The notes below the pieces were generated by a model, which ran no database searches, was not told where the DNA came from, and was given only the letters and a program-made list of their open reading frames with translations. A stretch of 64,000 nt of DNA from Bacteroidota bacterium (GTDB taxonomy: Bacteria > Bacteroidota > Bacteroidia > Bacteroidales > F082). The DNA lies in NCBI GenBank assembly GCA_009773165.1, contig WOUZ01000016.1, forward strand, positions 14,884-78,883. The letters are read 5' to 3'. Below are positions 17,829 through 27,845 of this stretch, one piece after another. Each line of letters opens with the position of its first letter. Within the stretch, counting starts at the first letter, position 1. The translations under genes and the position numbers were made by a program.

Positions 17829-18782
17829 TTAAGATTTGGAAGCAAAAAATGCTTTGAAACCAAACGTTTGCCAAAAGAGTTTAGCTCCTGTCGACCAAAG
17901 CGCTACCCAAACCAATACTGGTTGAAAGAATAGTCGTATCAACCGTGCCTGATCTGTTTCAAGTCCAAAGGCATCGATGCCATTTATGTACTGGGAAAGA
18001 TTTCCGGGAAATATTAATACAAAGAAAAGTGCTGTAAACAACCCTACATGCATCCTCTTCTTATTATAAAATAGAAGCGATAAGCCTAAGACAATTTCTA
18101 CAAATCCTGACAAAACAACAACCAGGTCACCATTAAGAGGTAACCATGAAGGTACTTGTGCCAGAAACTCTGATCGCGACCATGTCAGATGTCCGGTTCC
18201 GGTAAAAAGAAGAAAAACTCCCAGAACAATTCTGGTTATCGTCATAGATGTTGTTGATGAAACCTGACCATATTTCTTTGAAGCCTCGGATATTTGGTTC
18301 CCATTTAGTAAACGAACGATGTCGCTTTCCATGTCCGTAGGTTTTACATTGGGGGCAAATCTTTTCAAAGGCGTTCCTGTGCTATCGATCAGGAATTTGG
18401 TGAAATTCCATTTGATGCGCGAGCCAAAAAAACCACCCAGTGAACTTTTTAAATACTTGAAAATTGGATGGGTACCTTTACCATTCACGTCGATTTTTGC
18501 AAACATTGGAAAAGTAACGCCATAATTGATTACACAACCTTCTTCAATGGATTTCTCGTCGCCGGGCTCCTGATTCGCAAATTGATTGCATGGAAATCCT
18601 AAAATAACCAAGCCTTTGTCTTTGTATTTCTGATAGAGTTCTTCCAAGCCTTCAAATTGTGGTGTCAAACCACATTTACTAGCAGTGTTAACAATCACAA
18701 GTGTTTTGCCTTTAAAGGTCTCCATTGCTATTTCTTTTCCCTGGAGGCTGGTAGCTTTAAAATTATAAAAGATATCTTTCAT
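17829..18782 (-). CDS. glutathione peroxidase fused to a DoxX-like four-helix membrane domain
   Basis: 317-aa ORF. The N-terminal ~160 aa carry GPx motifs (NTASKCGLT, LGFPCNQF, WNFTKFL). The C-terminal ~140 aa have four hydrophobic helices (VLGVFLLFTG..., VVVLSGFVEIVLGLSLLF..., LFTALFFVLIF..., VLVWVALW). Confidence 0.85.
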   Translation of the reverse strand: MKDIFYNFKATSLQGKEIAMETFKGKTLVIVNTASKCGLTPQFEGLEELYQKYKDKGLVILGFPCNQFANQEPGDEKSIEEGCVINYGVTFPMFAKIDVNGKGTHPIFKYLKSSLGGFFGSRIKWNFTKFLIDSTGTPLKRFAPNVKPTDMESDIVRLLNGNQISEASKKYGQVSSTTSMTITRIVLGVFLLFTGTGHLTWSRSEFLAQVPSWLPLNGDLVVVLSGFVEIVLGLSLLFYNKKRMHVGLFTALFFVLIFPGNLSQYINGIDAFGLETDQARLIRLFFQPVLVWVALWSTGAKLFWQTFGFKAFFASKS

Positions 18783-18811
18783 TTTTATTCATCTATTAAT
18801 CGTTTCAGATA

Positions 18812-18859
18812 ATATCGTCTGCGACACAAAAGTACTTCAATTATTTATATCGTATGCGA
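18812..18859. promoter_or_regulatory. pair of 13-nt direct repeats ATATCGTnTGCGA upstream of the gpx-doxX/marR operon (candidate operator)
   Basis: ATATCGTCTGCGA at 18812-18824 and ATATCGTATGCGA at 18847-18859, 30-77 nt upstream of the ATG at 18782. Confidence 0.3.
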
Positions 18860-18984
18860 TATAATATCATTTTTGAAATTATTAACACTTTGTGGGAGAG
18901 GATTGTTGATTTGTTTAGGATTTATCATGTTGAAGAAATAATTCTTCGGAAGATATTTTAAGATAGACTCATTAATAAGTATAC

Positions 18985-18999
18985 GACTCCTCTGGAGTC
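18985..18999. repeat. REP-like mini-hairpin GACTCC-TCT-GGAGTC
   Basis: Perfect 6-bp stem. Same architecture as the GACCCC-GCT-GGGGTC hairpins at 49953-49966 and 50004-50018. Confidence 0.5.
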
Positions 19000-19174
19000 G
19001 GGGAGCTCAGGGAACTGACTCTCTCAGCCTCATCAAACCCAAAAGCCGCGTCAGCCCTAAACCTCTAAACTTCTATACCAAAAAACCCTTTCCTTGTGTT
19101 TACGCACCTTTAAGTGGATCAAAGGGCTCTCACTTGCTTTAAAACCTATTCTGAATTACCTTTGCAAGAAAAAA

Positions 19175-20182
19175 ATGAATAAACCTACCGTCGTTTCAGG
19201 CTCAAATAAGTCGCTCCTGAAATTGATTACACCCTATAAAAATCCCTCCAAAAGCAGGAGTATCTTCCAGATAATCAACACGCTTGTACCCTTTTTGCTT
19301 TTGTGGGTTGCGATGAGTTTTACAATACAAGTTTCCTTTTGGCTTACTTTACCCCTCATTATTTTAACAGCTGGTTTTACCGTCCGCCTGTTTATCATTT
19401 TTCACGATTGTGGCCATGGCGCATTTTTCGATTCTAAAACCGCAAGTGATATTGTTGGTGTTATATTTGGCATTTTAACATTCACACCTTATTACCGCTG
19501 GCATCATGCACATCTTATCCATCACCGCACCGCAGGCAATCTTGATAAAAGAGGTATCGGCGATATTTGGACCATGACCGTTGAAGAATTTCAAAATGCT
19601 ACTCCAAGACGAAAATTATTTTATAAAGTTTACCGAAACCCTTTCATCCTGCTTGGTATTGGGGCTCCATTGATTTTTTTATTAGTAAACCGTTTCACAT
19701 CCAAAGGGTTTACAAAACGTGACCGCATAAGCGTGTACCTGACCAATATAGGAATTGCAGCCATTGCTGTTGGAATGAGTTACCTGATTGGCATTAGTAA
19801 CTATCTGATCATTCAGATACTAGTACTTTATTTTGCATCAGCTGCAGGTGTCTTTCTGTTTTATGTACAACATCAGTTTCCCGATGTGCACTGGTACCGC
19901 GATGATGCCTGGGACTACAGCACTGTTGCAATCGAAGGTGCTTCCTATCTGAAACTTCCAAAAGTGCTCCAATGGTTTTCGGGGAATATAGGATTTCATC
20001 ACATCCATCATCTGAGTTCAAAAATCCCCAATTACAATCTTGAAAAGTGCTTGAAAGAAAATGAACCTTTTCAAAAAGTACATGCTGTCACGCTCAAAGC
20101 AGCTATTTATTCCCTCAAACTTCGCCTTTGGGACGAAAATTTACAGCAGCTGGTGACGTACAAACAGGCAAAATTGAGTTGA
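19175..20182 (+). CDS. membrane fatty acid desaturase
   Basis: Three His boxes (HDCGH, HHAHLIHH, HHIHH) and TM helices. Start moved from the TTG of the ORF track (19094) to ATG 19175. Confidence 0.9.
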   Translation: MNKPTVVSGSNKSLLKLITPYKNPSKSRSIFQIINTLVPFLLLWVAMSFTIQVSFWLTLPLIILTAGFTVRLFIIFHDCGHGAFFDSKTASDIVGVIFGILTFTPYYRWHHAHLIHHRTAGNLDKRGIGDIWTMTVEEFQNATPRRKLFYKVYRNPFILLGIGAPLIFLLVNRFTSKGFTKRDRISVYLTNIGIAAIAVGMSYLIGISNYLIIQILVLYFASAAGVFLFYVQHQFPDVHWYRDDAWDYSTVAIEGASYLKLPKVLQWFSGNIGFHHIHHLSSKIPNYNLEKCLKENEPFQKVHAVTLKAAIYSLKLRLWDENLQQLVTYKQAKLS

Positions 20183-20215
20183 TCATGATCCTTAAAAAAG
20201 CGATAATACTTTAAG

Positions 20216-21664
20216 CTACTTATCAGCAGGAAACCATTTTCGGTGAATGGCATTGTAAGTCCCGTCATTTTTTGCTGCATCGAGTGCCTTTTGCCACAGT
20301 TGAACAGTGGTTTCTGAGGTGCTTTTCGAGAAGGCGATGTAATAATCGGAGGCCATCAGCGAAAGCTCAGGTGTAACATCGCTATAGCTGTGTCCCGCCG
20401 AGCGAAGGATATCAGGAAAAGTGACATCAGTGCATACCGCGGCATCTATTTGTCCGGCCATCAACTTTTCAACCATTTCAACAGGATCATTTTCTGCAAC
20501 AAGATTGGTGAATCCTAAATTACGGAGGTACTGATCCGAAAACCATGAACTTACAGTACCAACTGAAGTAAGTTGTTTGGCGTCCTCAATGGTAGCTATG
20601 GTTATTCCTGAACCTGACCGGGTGTAAAAAAAAGTTGTGTTGGTTCCGATAGGTCCAACCCACTGAAACAAGTTTTCTCTTATTGCAGTACGATCCATTG
20701 TAAACAGACAGAAATTTGGGTTGTTTATAGCCATTGCATAACCGTTACTCCATAAAGAGAGTTTAATTTCGTTGTAGGCACTGTTACGTTTCATAATTTC
20801 GTTCACGACATCGGTCCCAAATCCTGTAATCTCTCCAAAATTATTTCGAAAAGTCAAAGGTGGATATTGCTCCGTATAAATTTGAAGAATATCCGGACCA
20901 TTGCCAGTCTGCATATATTTCTGGTGCAATGCATCAAGCGTACCATTGAGCTTCAATGCGTCAATCTCACGCTGAAAATCAGCGATAACAGCATCGGGTA
21001 TCGATTTATTAAAGGCAAAATAAACCAATTCTGTTTTAATGGTAAGTTCACCTTTAATATCATAAATAGATTTATCCAGCGACTCAAGAGCAGCCTCTGC
21101 TGTGATCCTGTCGGAAGGAAAAAGCGCTATTTCGCCCTTTAACAGTTTATCAAATGCATCAATGTTATTGTCACAATACACCAAATTGGTGAAGCCCTCT
21201 CCTACCAGATATTGTTCAATAGAATAATCCTGCAGCACTCCAATATTGCCTGCGTTTCTGGCGTCGTCAAGCGAATTAAGCGTAATGGGATTCTGTGAGG
21301 AGGCATAAAACAACCAATCTAGCGAGGCGTATGGACCGGCCCATTTGAAAGCATCTTTGCGATCAGCATTTAATATTGTCGAAAATAGTACCGTATGTTC
21401 ATCATCTTTAACAAGTTGCATACCTTCCTCCCATGGCAGAACTTTAACTTCATATGGAACTTTTAGACGATCACAAATTTCTTTAAGCAACTCAGGAGCT
21501 AATCCGGTAACTACTCCATCTTGTGTATAATTTAAAGGTTTATATTCCTCTGTAATGAATTGAAGCTTATAGTGATAATCATCATTGTTTTTGTTTTTGC
21601 ATTGCGAAAAAACAAGTATGATAATTGGCAAAAACACAAGCAAATGCAGCTTATTTCTTTTCAT
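20216..21664 (-). CDS. lipoprotein with two tandem type-3 solute-binding (SBP_bac_3-like) domains
   Basis: 482-aa ORF. Lipobox (LVFSQC). Two internally similar halves (...YKPLNYTQDGVVTG... and ...YPPLTFRNNFGEITG...). Confidence 0.75.
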   Translation of the reverse strand: MKRNKLHLLVFLPIIILVFSQCKNKNNDDYHYKLQFITEEYKPLNYTQDGVVTGLAPELLKEICDRLKVPYEVKVLPWEEGMQLVKDDEHTVLFSTILNADRKDAFKWAGPYASLDWLFYASSQNPITLNSLDDARNAGNIGVLQDYSIEQYLVGEGFTNLVYCDNNIDAFDKLLKGEIALFPSDRITAEAALESLDKSIYDIKGELTIKTELVYFAFNKSIPDAVIADFQREIDALKLNGTLDALHQKYMQTGNGPDILQIYTEQYPPLTFRNNFGEITGFGTDVVNEIMKRNSAYNEIKLSLWSNGYAMAINNPNFCLFTMDRTAIRENLFQWVGPIGTNTTFFYTRSGSGITIATIEDAKQLTSVGTVSSWFSDQYLRNLGFTNLVAENDPVEMVEKLMAGQIDAAVCTDVTFPDILRSAGHSYSDVTPELSLMASDYYIAFSKSTSETTVQLWQKALDAAKNDGTYNAIHRKWFPADK

Positions 21665-21856
21665 ATCAAATGCGTTTAGATGAACAAGTAACCTTAATGA
21701 ATACTAAAATAAAACACGAAATTACATTGAAATTATTTCATCTCATGCCATATTTCAATTCTATAAAAAAAGCTTTCTCAACTTTTCGTGTAAATAATTG
21801 TAAATCAATTAAGAAAGTCTTCCAATTGCTATTTCTCTGTTGTCAGTACATAACAC

Positions 21857-21864
21857 TATCTTTG
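21857..21864 (+). promoter_or_regulatory. Bacteroidota-type -7 box TATCTTTG
   Basis: Matches TAnnTTTG, 18 nt upstream of the xerD ATG. Confidence 0.45.
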
Positions 21865-21882
21865 CAGAATGATTCATAAGGT

Positions 21883-22779
21883 ATGGACTACTTAAAATCG
21901 TTCGACAGTTTTTTGAGATTGGAAAAATCGCTTGCAACAAATTCTGTTGATGCTTATAATCATGATATTAGGCTTCTTATTGAATTTCTTGGTTTCGAAA
22001 AAAGCCCTGAATCCATTTTAAAAGCAGGAAAAGCCGACTTACGCAGATTTCTGTTACATCTTACCGAGTTAGGAATGTCAGCCAACTCACAAGCACGCAT
22101 TCTATCGGGTCTGAGATCATTTTTTAACTTCCTCCTCATCGAAAAAGTGATCGAAGTCGATCCAACCTTACAAATCGAATCGCCATCATTGGGAAGAAAA
22201 TTACCTGAAGTATTATCTTTCGAAGAAATCGATTCCATGATTCAGGTTATTGACCTTAGTCAGAAACATGGTCAGCGTAATAAAACCATCCTTGAGCTGC
22301 TTTATGCCTGCGGTTTACGCGTTTCAGAACTCATAACATTAAGAATCAGTCATATATACCATGGAGAAGGTTTCATAAAAGTGACCGGGAAAGGTGATAA
22401 AGAGCGGTTGATTCCCATCGGCGACCAAACGTTGAAGCTGATTACTTTTTATATGCAAGAACATCGTATACACATTAAGCCAACCCGCATGTTTACGGAT
22501 ACACTCTTTCTCAATGACCGGGGAAAAGGACTTTCGCGTCAGATGGTATTTCTGATCATACGTGATCTGGCAGCAAAAGCAGGCATACACAAAACTATTA
22601 GTCCGCATACCTTCCGCCATTCTTTTGCCACACACCTTTTGGAAGGCGGTGCTGATCTGCGTGCTGTTCAACAAATGCTTGGACATTCCAGCATAACAAC
22701 AACCGAGATTTATACACATATCGACCGCAGTTATCTGCTTGAAACAATCGTGAGTTTTCATCCACGATCAAGAAAATGA
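21883..22779 (+). CDS. xerD: site-specific tyrosine recombinase XerD
   Basis: 298-aa ORF. N-terminal core-binding domain (FLRLEKSLATNSVDAYNHDIR). Catalytic RVSEL, HTFRHSFATHLL, TEIYTH. Confidence 0.85.
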   Translation: MDYLKSFDSFLRLEKSLATNSVDAYNHDIRLLIEFLGFEKSPESILKAGKADLRRFLLHLTELGMSANSQARILSGLRSFFNFLLIEKVIEVDPTLQIESPSLGRKLPEVLSFEEIDSMIQVIDLSQKHGQRNKTILELLYACGLRVSELITLRISHIYHGEGFIKVTGKGDKERLIPIGDQTLKLITFYMQEHRIHIKPTRMFTDTLFLNDRGKGLSRQMVFLIIRDLAAKAGIHKTISPHTFRHSFATHLLEGGADLRAVQQMLGHSSITTTEIYTHIDRSYLLETIVSFHPRSRK

Positions 22780-22787
22780 AATGGTGA

Positions 22788-23243
22788 TCAGTCGTCGGTT
22801 TCTATTTCTCCGGCTTCATTGACCAATACTCCCCAGTTCACGGCAAGTAATTCATCGCCATCGTAGAAAAAATCAATTAGGGCATCTTCAAAGGTAACAC
22901 GTGTCTCTCCTTCTTCTTCCTCGATTTCTGGGTTTTCATAGCCATGATCAGCCATCAGTTGAATTACTTCTTCTGAGGTCATCTCAAAAACTTTTCTACC
23001 ATAGAGGGTGGCGTCAAGATGATCCGTCTCAAAACATGATAAAACAGTTTTGGATACACCTTCAAAGAAAATGGAGGTTTCTTGTTCCCAATAATGCAAA
23101 ACAATGGTGTTCATCTGATCATCCGTGTCCAGGTGATCAATTTCTTCTGCATCGCCTAATAGATCAATTGTTTCTTCAATAGATTGTCCGAATTTCAGCT
23201 CACCATATCCTATAAGGGGCTGAATGTCGTAAGTTGTTGTCAT
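22788..23243 (-). CDS. hypothetical acidic protein
   Basis: 151-aa ORF, strongly acidic, no recognised motif. Confidence 0.55.
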   Translation of the reverse strand: MTTTYDIQPLIGYGELKFGQSIEETIDLLGDAEEIDHLDTDDQMNTIVLHYWEQETSIFFEGVSKTVLSCFETDHLDATLYGRKVFEMTSEEVIQLMADHGYENPEIEEEEGETRVTFEDALIDFFYDGDELLAVNWGVLVNEAGEIETDD

Positions 23244-23424
23244 AATTGATATTCAATGATTTGATGCGTTAAAGATATAGTATTGTTCATCACAACACAA
23301 GTATTTTAAACTTTTTTTTAAACTTTAATTTTTGCCCAAATATTTGTCAGTATTTATAACCATTTCATTTGCTGCATTATAGATGAGACATGAAATGGCA
23401 CGAATTCTGGCTTAATAATTTGCA

Positions 23425-24651
23425 TCAGGCATATCTTATAGCCTTGGATGGTTGTATAGCATTAATGACAGTAACAGGAATGAGCAGAGCCAACGACCAA
23501 ATGATCAACAAACCAAAATTAAGCAGCAGAAAATGGTAGAGATGTAGTTCGACAGGCACTTCCGAAAGGTAATAAGACTCTTCTGGTAGTTTAAGCCAAC
23601 CAAAATACGATTGCAATCCTATAAAAGTCAAGGCAATAGCATTACCAAATAACATGCCTTTTACCAGAATTCTGTATGAGTTGAACAAAAAAATCCTTCG
23701 GATAAATGCATTTCCTGCTCCCATCGCTTTAAGGATTCCTATCATTGAAGTTCTCTCAAGGATGATGATTAAAAGTGTACTTATCATGGTGATGCCAGAA
23801 ACAAGCACCATCAATAAAAGGATGATCCAAACGTTCATATCCTGAAGCTCCAACCAATCGAAAATCTGTGGATATTTTTCTTCTGCAGTACTAACATTCA
23901 GATCTACAGGCACCGAATAATAGAGGCTTTCAGCAACAGCTGCTGAATTCGCTGACTGTTTAAGATAGATTTCAACTGCCCCAAATTGATCGGGCTGCCA
24001 GTTATATAGTTTTTGAACATGTCCAATATCTCCAAAAATAAAGCGATCGTCAAACTCAGCCAATCCTGTTTCAAAAAGTCCGCTTATTTCAAATTTCCTG
24101 CCTCTTGTCTGAAGACTCTCTGCATCAACAAACCACATCCTCAAAGCCTGTCCCGGCTGAAGGTTAAGCTTGCCTGCAATTTTTTTCGAAACCAAAATTT
24201 CACTTGTCAAAGCAGTATCAGAGAAACTAATGGGCCTTCCTGCAACAATACGATCATTGAGATAAGTCCAATCGTAATCATCTCCTACTCCTTTTAAAAT
24301 AACTCCTTGTATGTTATCATCTGTTTTAACAATTCCAGCTTTTTGTGCGACTGCCTGAAAATGTTTTATCTCTTCGTTATCAACAAGTTTCAAGAATAAT
24401 TCATCATCTAAAACCATCGGAAGTGCTTCCGAAGAAAGGTTATTGTTCAGGGCTTCAATCTGTATTTCCGATACAAATCCGGTGACTTTACTGCGTATCT
24501 GATTCTTAAATCCAATAACCACTGCCACCGAAATCATCATCACTGCTAGGCCTACAGCAACGCTCAACACGGCAATACGGATGATGGTCGAAGACATCTG
24601 TTCGCGTGAGACTGAAAATAATCTTGAAGCAATAAAAGTTTCGGGTCGCAT
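23425..24651 (-). CDS. FtsX/LolE-family ABC transporter permease
   Basis: N-terminal TM, large extracytoplasmic loop, three C-terminal TM helices. Start moved to ATG 24651 (MRPETFIASRLF...); the ORF track extends to 24708. Confidence 0.85.
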   Translation of the reverse strand: MRPETFIASRLFSVSREQMSSTIIRIAVLSVAVGLAVMMISVAVVIGFKNQIRSKVTGFVSEIQIEALNNNLSSEALPMVLDDELFLKLVDNEEIKHFQAVAQKAGIVKTDDNIQGVILKGVGDDYDWTYLNDRIVAGRPISFSDTALTSEILVSKKIAGKLNLQPGQALRMWFVDAESLQTRGRKFEISGLFETGLAEFDDRFIFGDIGHVQKLYNWQPDQFGAVEIYLKQSANSAAVAESLYYSVPVDLNVSTAEEKYPQIFDWLELQDMNVWIILLLMVLVSGITMISTLLIIILERTSMIGILKAMGAGNAFIRRIFLFNSYRILVKGMLFGNAIALTFIGLQSYFGWLKLPEESYYLSEVPVELHLYHFLLLNFGLLIIWSLALLIPVTVINAIQPSKAIRYA

Positions 24652-24692
24652 TTTTTCTGTAATTTGGCAAAAATAATGATAAACCCAAAGCA

Positions 24693-25892
24693 ATGCCCAC
24701 TTTTCCACGATTCGTCTTTTGGATTCTGCTAATCTTTACAATGCTCCAATGTGTTCACGCGCAACAGCTTCAACTAGTTGATCAGAATATTATTCAAACA
24801 GGCGCACAACAAACTCAGGCTTATTTTCCAATGTTAAAAGGGAAAAGAGTCGGGCTAGTGACAAATCACACTGGCCTTATTGGAACTACTCATTTGACCG
24901 ACAGCCTGTTGTCGTCAGGAATAAAGATTCAACGGATTTTCACCCCTGAGCATGGTTTCAGAGGAAATGAAGATGCCGGCGCTTCTGTTTCCTCTTTTAA
25001 AGATCAGAAGACAGGTGTTGAAGTAAGCTCGCTTTACGGACAGAAGAAAAAACCCACTGTTGAAGATTTAAAGGATATCGACATCATTTGCTTTGATTTA
25101 CAAGATGTTGGCGTAAGGTTTTATACATATATCTCAACACTTACCTACATCATGGAGGCTTGTGCCGAGCAAAATATCCCGCTTATTGTCCTTGACAGGC
25201 CTAACCCCAATGGTTTTTATATTGATGGTCCTGTGCTCGAGTCTGAGTTCAAATCGTTTGTTGGATTGCATCCCGTGCCTGTTGTTTATGGCCTTACGAT
25301 AGGAGAATATGCTCAATTGGTTAATGGTGAAGGATGGCTTGGGAATGGGAAAAAATGCAATCTTACTGTAATAAAACTTATTGGATATCAACGCAATATG
25401 CTGGTGAAATTAGCTGTCAAACCCTCCCCTAACCTACCTACGTGGGAGTCAGTCTATCTTTATCCATCACTTTGTTTTTTCGAAGGGACAATTGTAAGTG
25501 TGGGCCGGGGAACACCTACTCCATTTGAAGTTTTCGGTCATCCTGCTCTTTCCAAAGGATCATTTTCTTTCACTCCTAAACCAATGAAAGGAGCCTCAAA
25601 ACCTAAATTAAACGGAGAGAAATGTTATGGTTTAAACCTGAACGAATATGCCAAATACTTTCAATATAATAAAGCCGAACTACAGCTCAACTGGCTTATT
25701 GACACCTTTAAAACACTGAGTTCGGGGAACACCTTTTTTAACAATTACTTCGACACCCTTGCGGGAACTGCTAAAATGAGAAAGCAAATAGAAGCAGGTC
25801 TGCCTGCAGATGAAATTCGAAATAGCTGGCAAGAAGGCATCAACAGATATAAAAAAATCAGGGCAAAGTATCTACTCTACCCTGATCATTAG
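24693..25892 (+). CDS. DUF1343-family protein (NamZ-type exo-muramidase family)
   Basis: 399-aa ORF with signal peptide. VGLVTNHTGL and DLQDVGVRFYTY motifs are typical of DUF1343. Confidence 0.8.
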   Translation: MPTFPRFVFWILLIFTMLQCVHAQQLQLVDQNIIQTGAQQTQAYFPMLKGKRVGLVTNHTGLIGTTHLTDSLLSSGIKIQRIFTPEHGFRGNEDAGASVSSFKDQKTGVEVSSLYGQKKKPTVEDLKDIDIICFDLQDVGVRFYTYISTLTYIMEACAEQNIPLIVLDRPNPNGFYIDGPVLESEFKSFVGLHPVPVVYGLTIGEYAQLVNGEGWLGNGKKCNLTVIKLIGYQRNMLVKLAVKPSPNLPTWESVYLYPSLCFFEGTIVSVGRGTPTPFEVFGHPALSKGSFSFTPKPMKGASKPKLNGEKCYGLNLNEYAKYFQYNKAELQLNWLIDTFKTLSSGNTFFNNYFDTLAGTAKMRKQIEAGLPADEIRNSWQEGINRYKKIRAKYLLYPDH

Positions 25893-25906
25893 TCTTCTTT
25901 TTATTG

Positions 25907-27106
25907 TTAAAGCGTCTTACCCGGATAAACTTTCAGAGCTTCCTCAAGAACTTTCATCGACTGGCGCAGATCGTCAACTTTGAGAACATAACTTATCCTG
26001 ACTTCATCTTTACCTCTTCCTTTGGTGGAATAAAATCCGCTTGCAGGTGCTAACATAACTGTCTGGTCTTCAAATTTGAAGTCTTCGAGCAGCCATTGAC
26101 AGAAACGATCAGAATCGTCTATCGGAAGTTTAGCTACCACATAAAAAGCGCCTTTTGGAGTTGGGCAGAAAGCTCCCTCCATTTTATTAATGGCTTCAAC
26201 AACAACATCTCTACGTTTGTGATATTCTTCAAGCACTTCCTCAAAATAGCTATCCGGAGTTTCTATAGCAGCTTCAGCAGCTATTTGTCCAAAACTTGGT
26301 GGACTTAAGCGGGCTTGAGCAAACTTCAAAGCGGTACGCATTACTTCTTTGTTTTTCGAAATCATGCAACCAATTCTCACACCACAAGCACTGTAACGTT
26401 TTGATACTGAATCAATCAATATTACATTTTCTTCAATACCTTTGAGGTGCATGCATGAATGATGTGTATGACCGTCGTAGCAAAACTCACGGTAAACTTC
26501 ATCAGCAATGAGGTAAAGATCGTATTTAAGCACAAGCTGACGCAGCGTTTCGAGCTCCTCTTCCGAATAAAGATAGCCAGTAGGGTTGTTTGGGTTACAA
26601 ACTAAAATGGCTTTAGTTTTTTCGGTGATAGATTTCTCAAAATCAGCAATTGGAGGCAACGCAAAACCAGATTCAATAGAAGAGCTTATAGGTTTTACCT
26701 GTACACCTGAATTGATGGCAAAACCATTGTAGTTGGCATAGAATGGTTCAGGGATAATAACTTCATCACCCGGATCCATTATCGTTTGAAAAGCAAACAA
26801 AATAGCCTCCGATGCGCCTGCACCGATAATAATGTCTTCAGCAGTGATATGAATATCATGCTTTTTGTAGTATTCGGCAAGTTTTTTCCTGTAAGAAGGA
26901 TTACCAGCTGAGTGCGAGTATTCAACCACTTTGCCATCAAAATTGCGGATGGCATTCAATGCAACTTCAGGCGTATGAATATCGGGTTGACCAATATTGA
27001 GGTGATACACCTTGACACCTCTTTTCTTTGCAGCTTCTGCATAAGGCACAAGTTTCCGGATCGGTGATTCCGGCATCATGTTACCTTTTTTCGAAATACC
27101 TGGCAT
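25907..27106 (-). CDS. class I/II PLP-dependent aminotransferase (aspartate aminotransferase-like)
   Basis: NPNNPTG, and SVSKRYSACGVRIG carrying the PLP lysine. Confidence 0.9.
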   Translation of the reverse strand: MPGISKKGNMMPESPIRKLVPYAEAAKKRGVKVYHLNIGQPDIHTPEVALNAIRNFDGKVVEYSHSAGNPSYRKKLAEYYKKHDIHITAEDIIIGAGASEAILFAFQTIMDPGDEVIIPEPFYANYNGFAINSGVQVKPISSSIESGFALPPIADFEKSITEKTKAILVCNPNNPTGYLYSEEELETLRQLVLKYDLYLIADEVYREFCYDGHTHHSCMHLKGIEENVILIDSVSKRYSACGVRIGCMISKNKEVMRTALKFAQARLSPPSFGQIAAEAAIETPDSYFEEVLEEYHKRRDVVVEAINKMEGAFCPTPKGAFYVVAKLPIDDSDRFCQWLLEDFKFEDQTVMLAPASGFYSTKGRGKDEVRISYVLKVDDLRQSMKVLEEALKVYPGKTL

Positions 27107-27145
27107 ACAATCAGTTCTTAATTTTGGTTTGAAAAAATGCTAAAG

Positions 27146-27172
27146 CAAAAAAAGCCGGCAGCACGGCCGGCT
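27146..27172 (-). terminator. rho-independent terminator
   Basis: Minus strand reads AGCCGGC-CGTGCT-GCCGGCT followed by T7, 17 nt after the stop of 27190-27648. Confidence 0.75.
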
Positions 27173-27189
27173 TTATTGATATTGTATTC

Positions 27190-27648
27190 TTATTTAGATG
27201 TTGGGGAAGTACCAACTCCTGTTGGTTTTTCAGGCATTGCTTCTGTTGGAGGCACTACTACTTCACCTTTAATGGTCAAGACAACATTTTTATTAACAAG
27301 GGCATTTGATGCAATAGTAACAGTCTTCTGAAAACGTCCTTTAATACCAGTGTTATATGTCACTTTAATTTTCTCTGTTTCGCCGGGAAGAATTGGTTGA
27401 CGTGGCCATGCAGGCACAGTGCAACCGCATGATGAGCGAGGTTGAGTTAATATGAGCGGCTCGTTACCAGTGTTCTTAAACTCGAATTCAAAAGCACCAT
27501 CTGCATTAAGCTGCATGGTACCATAATCGTGGGTCGTTTCGGTGAAAGAAATTTCAGGTCCGTTTTGTGGTGTAGCTTGATTAGCTGCTTCCTGAGCAAA
27601 TAAAGGTGTCGTCAGGAGAAAGAGAAGTGAAAAAATCAAATTTTTCAT
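27190..27648 (-). CDS. DUF1573 domain protein (secreted)
   Basis: Signal peptide. The FEFKNTGNEPLIL...SSCGCTVP motif is characteristic of DUF1573. Confidence 0.85.
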   Translation of the reverse strand: MKNLIFSLLFLLTTPLFAQEAANQATPQNGPEISFTETTHDYGTMQLNADGAFEFEFKNTGNEPLILTQPRSSCGCTVPAWPRQPILPGETEKIKVTYNTGIKGRFQKTVTIASNALVNKNVVLTIKGEVVVPPTEAMPEKPTGVGTSPTSK

Positions 27649-27825
27649 GATGAAATGTTTTTAATTAAACGTTACGTTCAGACCACAAAAGTAATGTTTT
27701 TTAATCTGTCAAGTTTTTTTAGTGAGCTAAAGTTTAATCAAATTCAATTTTTAACATTATTTTCATTCAGTTAGGGCTGTTTTCATTTTTTTTTCGAGAA
27801 GTATTGCCAGAAAAATAGAAATGTT

Positions 27826-27833
27826 TACTTTTG
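27826..27833 (+). promoter_or_regulatory. Bacteroidota -7 box TACTTTTG (tRNA promoter)
   Basis: TAnnTTTG followed by CACC, 12 nt upstream of tRNA position 1. A TTG lies 19 nt upstream (27804-27806). Confidence 0.6.
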
Positions 27834-27845
27834 CACCTCCAAATT

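Noticed and set aside
21883-22779. Tyrosine recombinase as a marker of an integrated mobile element
   Set aside because: The sequence and length fit housekeeping XerD. There are no flanking att-like repeats, transposase, phage or conjugation genes, and the neighbouring genes are ordinary chromosomal functions.
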